Shown here: positions 63,841 to 64,000 of the stretch, in pieces
Position numbering within the stretch: the first letter of the stretch is position 1
How the letters are laid out: each line of letters opens with the position of its first letter
DNA from: Brachyspira murdochii
Lineage (GTDB): Bacteria > Spirochaetota > JAAYUW01
DNA length: 64,000 nucleotides
Direction: 5' to 3'
Assembly (NCBI GenBank): GCA_020722965.1
Contig: DYJT01000010.1
Span: forward strand, 1,469 to 65,468
Position numbers and translations under genes: made by a program
The notes under the pieces: model-generated
What the model was told of the DNA's origin: nothing
The model's database searches: none
The model's input: only the letters and a program-made list of their open reading frames with translations

Positions 63841-64000
63841 TATCCCCCCAACCAATCAGTCTTTTTGTAGCAGCAATAAAAGTCAAAGGATGCGCAGGGC
63901 ATCCAGGAATATATAAGACTGGCATAACTTTATCTAAAATGCTTCTATCTATTTCACTGGATTCCATGAAAATACCCTTACTTATAGCACATGCGCCAAA
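63830..64000 (-). CDS. NuoB-like [NiFe] hydrogenase small subunit (C-terminal fragment; gene continues beyond window end)
   Basis: hand translation ...FGACAISKGIFMESSEIDRSILDKVMPVLYIPGCPAHPLTFIAATKRLIGWGDNEP*; matches GxCAxSGGxF and (V/I)PGCPP motifs of NuoB/HycG/EchC family. Confidence 0.65.
   Translation of the reverse strand, partial: FGACAISKGIFMESSEIDRSILDKVMPVLYIPGCPAHPLTFIAATKRLIGWGDNEP

Noticed and set aside
63840-63855. Regulator start at the track position 63855
   Set aside because: Codon at 63853-63855 is TTG and lies inside the NuoB-like ORF; an in-frame ATG at 63840 is preceded by a G-rich RBS, so the shorter form is preferred.

Overview
The window is AT-rich bacterial chromosomal DNA, and almost every gene is on the minus strand. 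Its core (about 13.9–44.5 kb) is one uninterrupted translation/transcription block: tRNA-Thr, rpmG, tRNA-Trp, secE, nusG, rplKAJL, rpoBC, rpsLG, fusA, tuf, the full S10 and spc operons, infA, rpmJ and the alpha operon through rplQ. All of these were recognised directly from the translated ORFs. The flanks hold housekeeping and envelope genes. These are a BMP-family ABC substrate-binding protein and permease, eno, rluD, lspA, mtnP, yggS, rpsT, a UvrC lacking its HhH tail, a type-2 AspRS, accDA, lepB, OsmC, an HU-like protein, a bactofilin and an MCP. Seven less ordinary units stand out. (1) At the 3' edge is a Hyf-type (group-4 NiFe hydrogenase-like) membrane arm of HyfB/C/E and a NuoM/N-like subunit. 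A NuoB-like small subunit precedes it, and an HTH plus PTS-EIIA(Ntr)-type regulator gene is embedded in the cluster. (2) A translationally coupled trio encodes DUF2089 (zinc ribbon plus HTH), a DUF4097 beta-helical protein and a small protein. (3) A PAP2_C (sphingomyelin/IPC-synthase-like) membrane protein is coupled to an SDR epimerase, downstream of a perfect 70-bp tandem duplication. (4) A tandem PilZ-like protein has split c-di-GMP-binding motifs. (5) A PurD-like ATP-grasp protein has degenerate catalytic motifs. (6) Nested palindromes lie upstream of accDA. (7) Repetitive charged tails are encoded on LspA and LepB. Zinc-ribbon forms of S14, L33 and L36, a Zn-lid adenylate kinase, a putative Zn-ribbon L24 and the hydrogenase module suggest an anaerobe. 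An outer-membrane beta-barrel protein, LspA and a lipoprotein-type SBP suggest a diderm. No CRISPR array, rRNA or obvious mobile element is present. The ORF track marks GTG and TTG starts as M, and several starts were corrected from ribosome-binding-site context.
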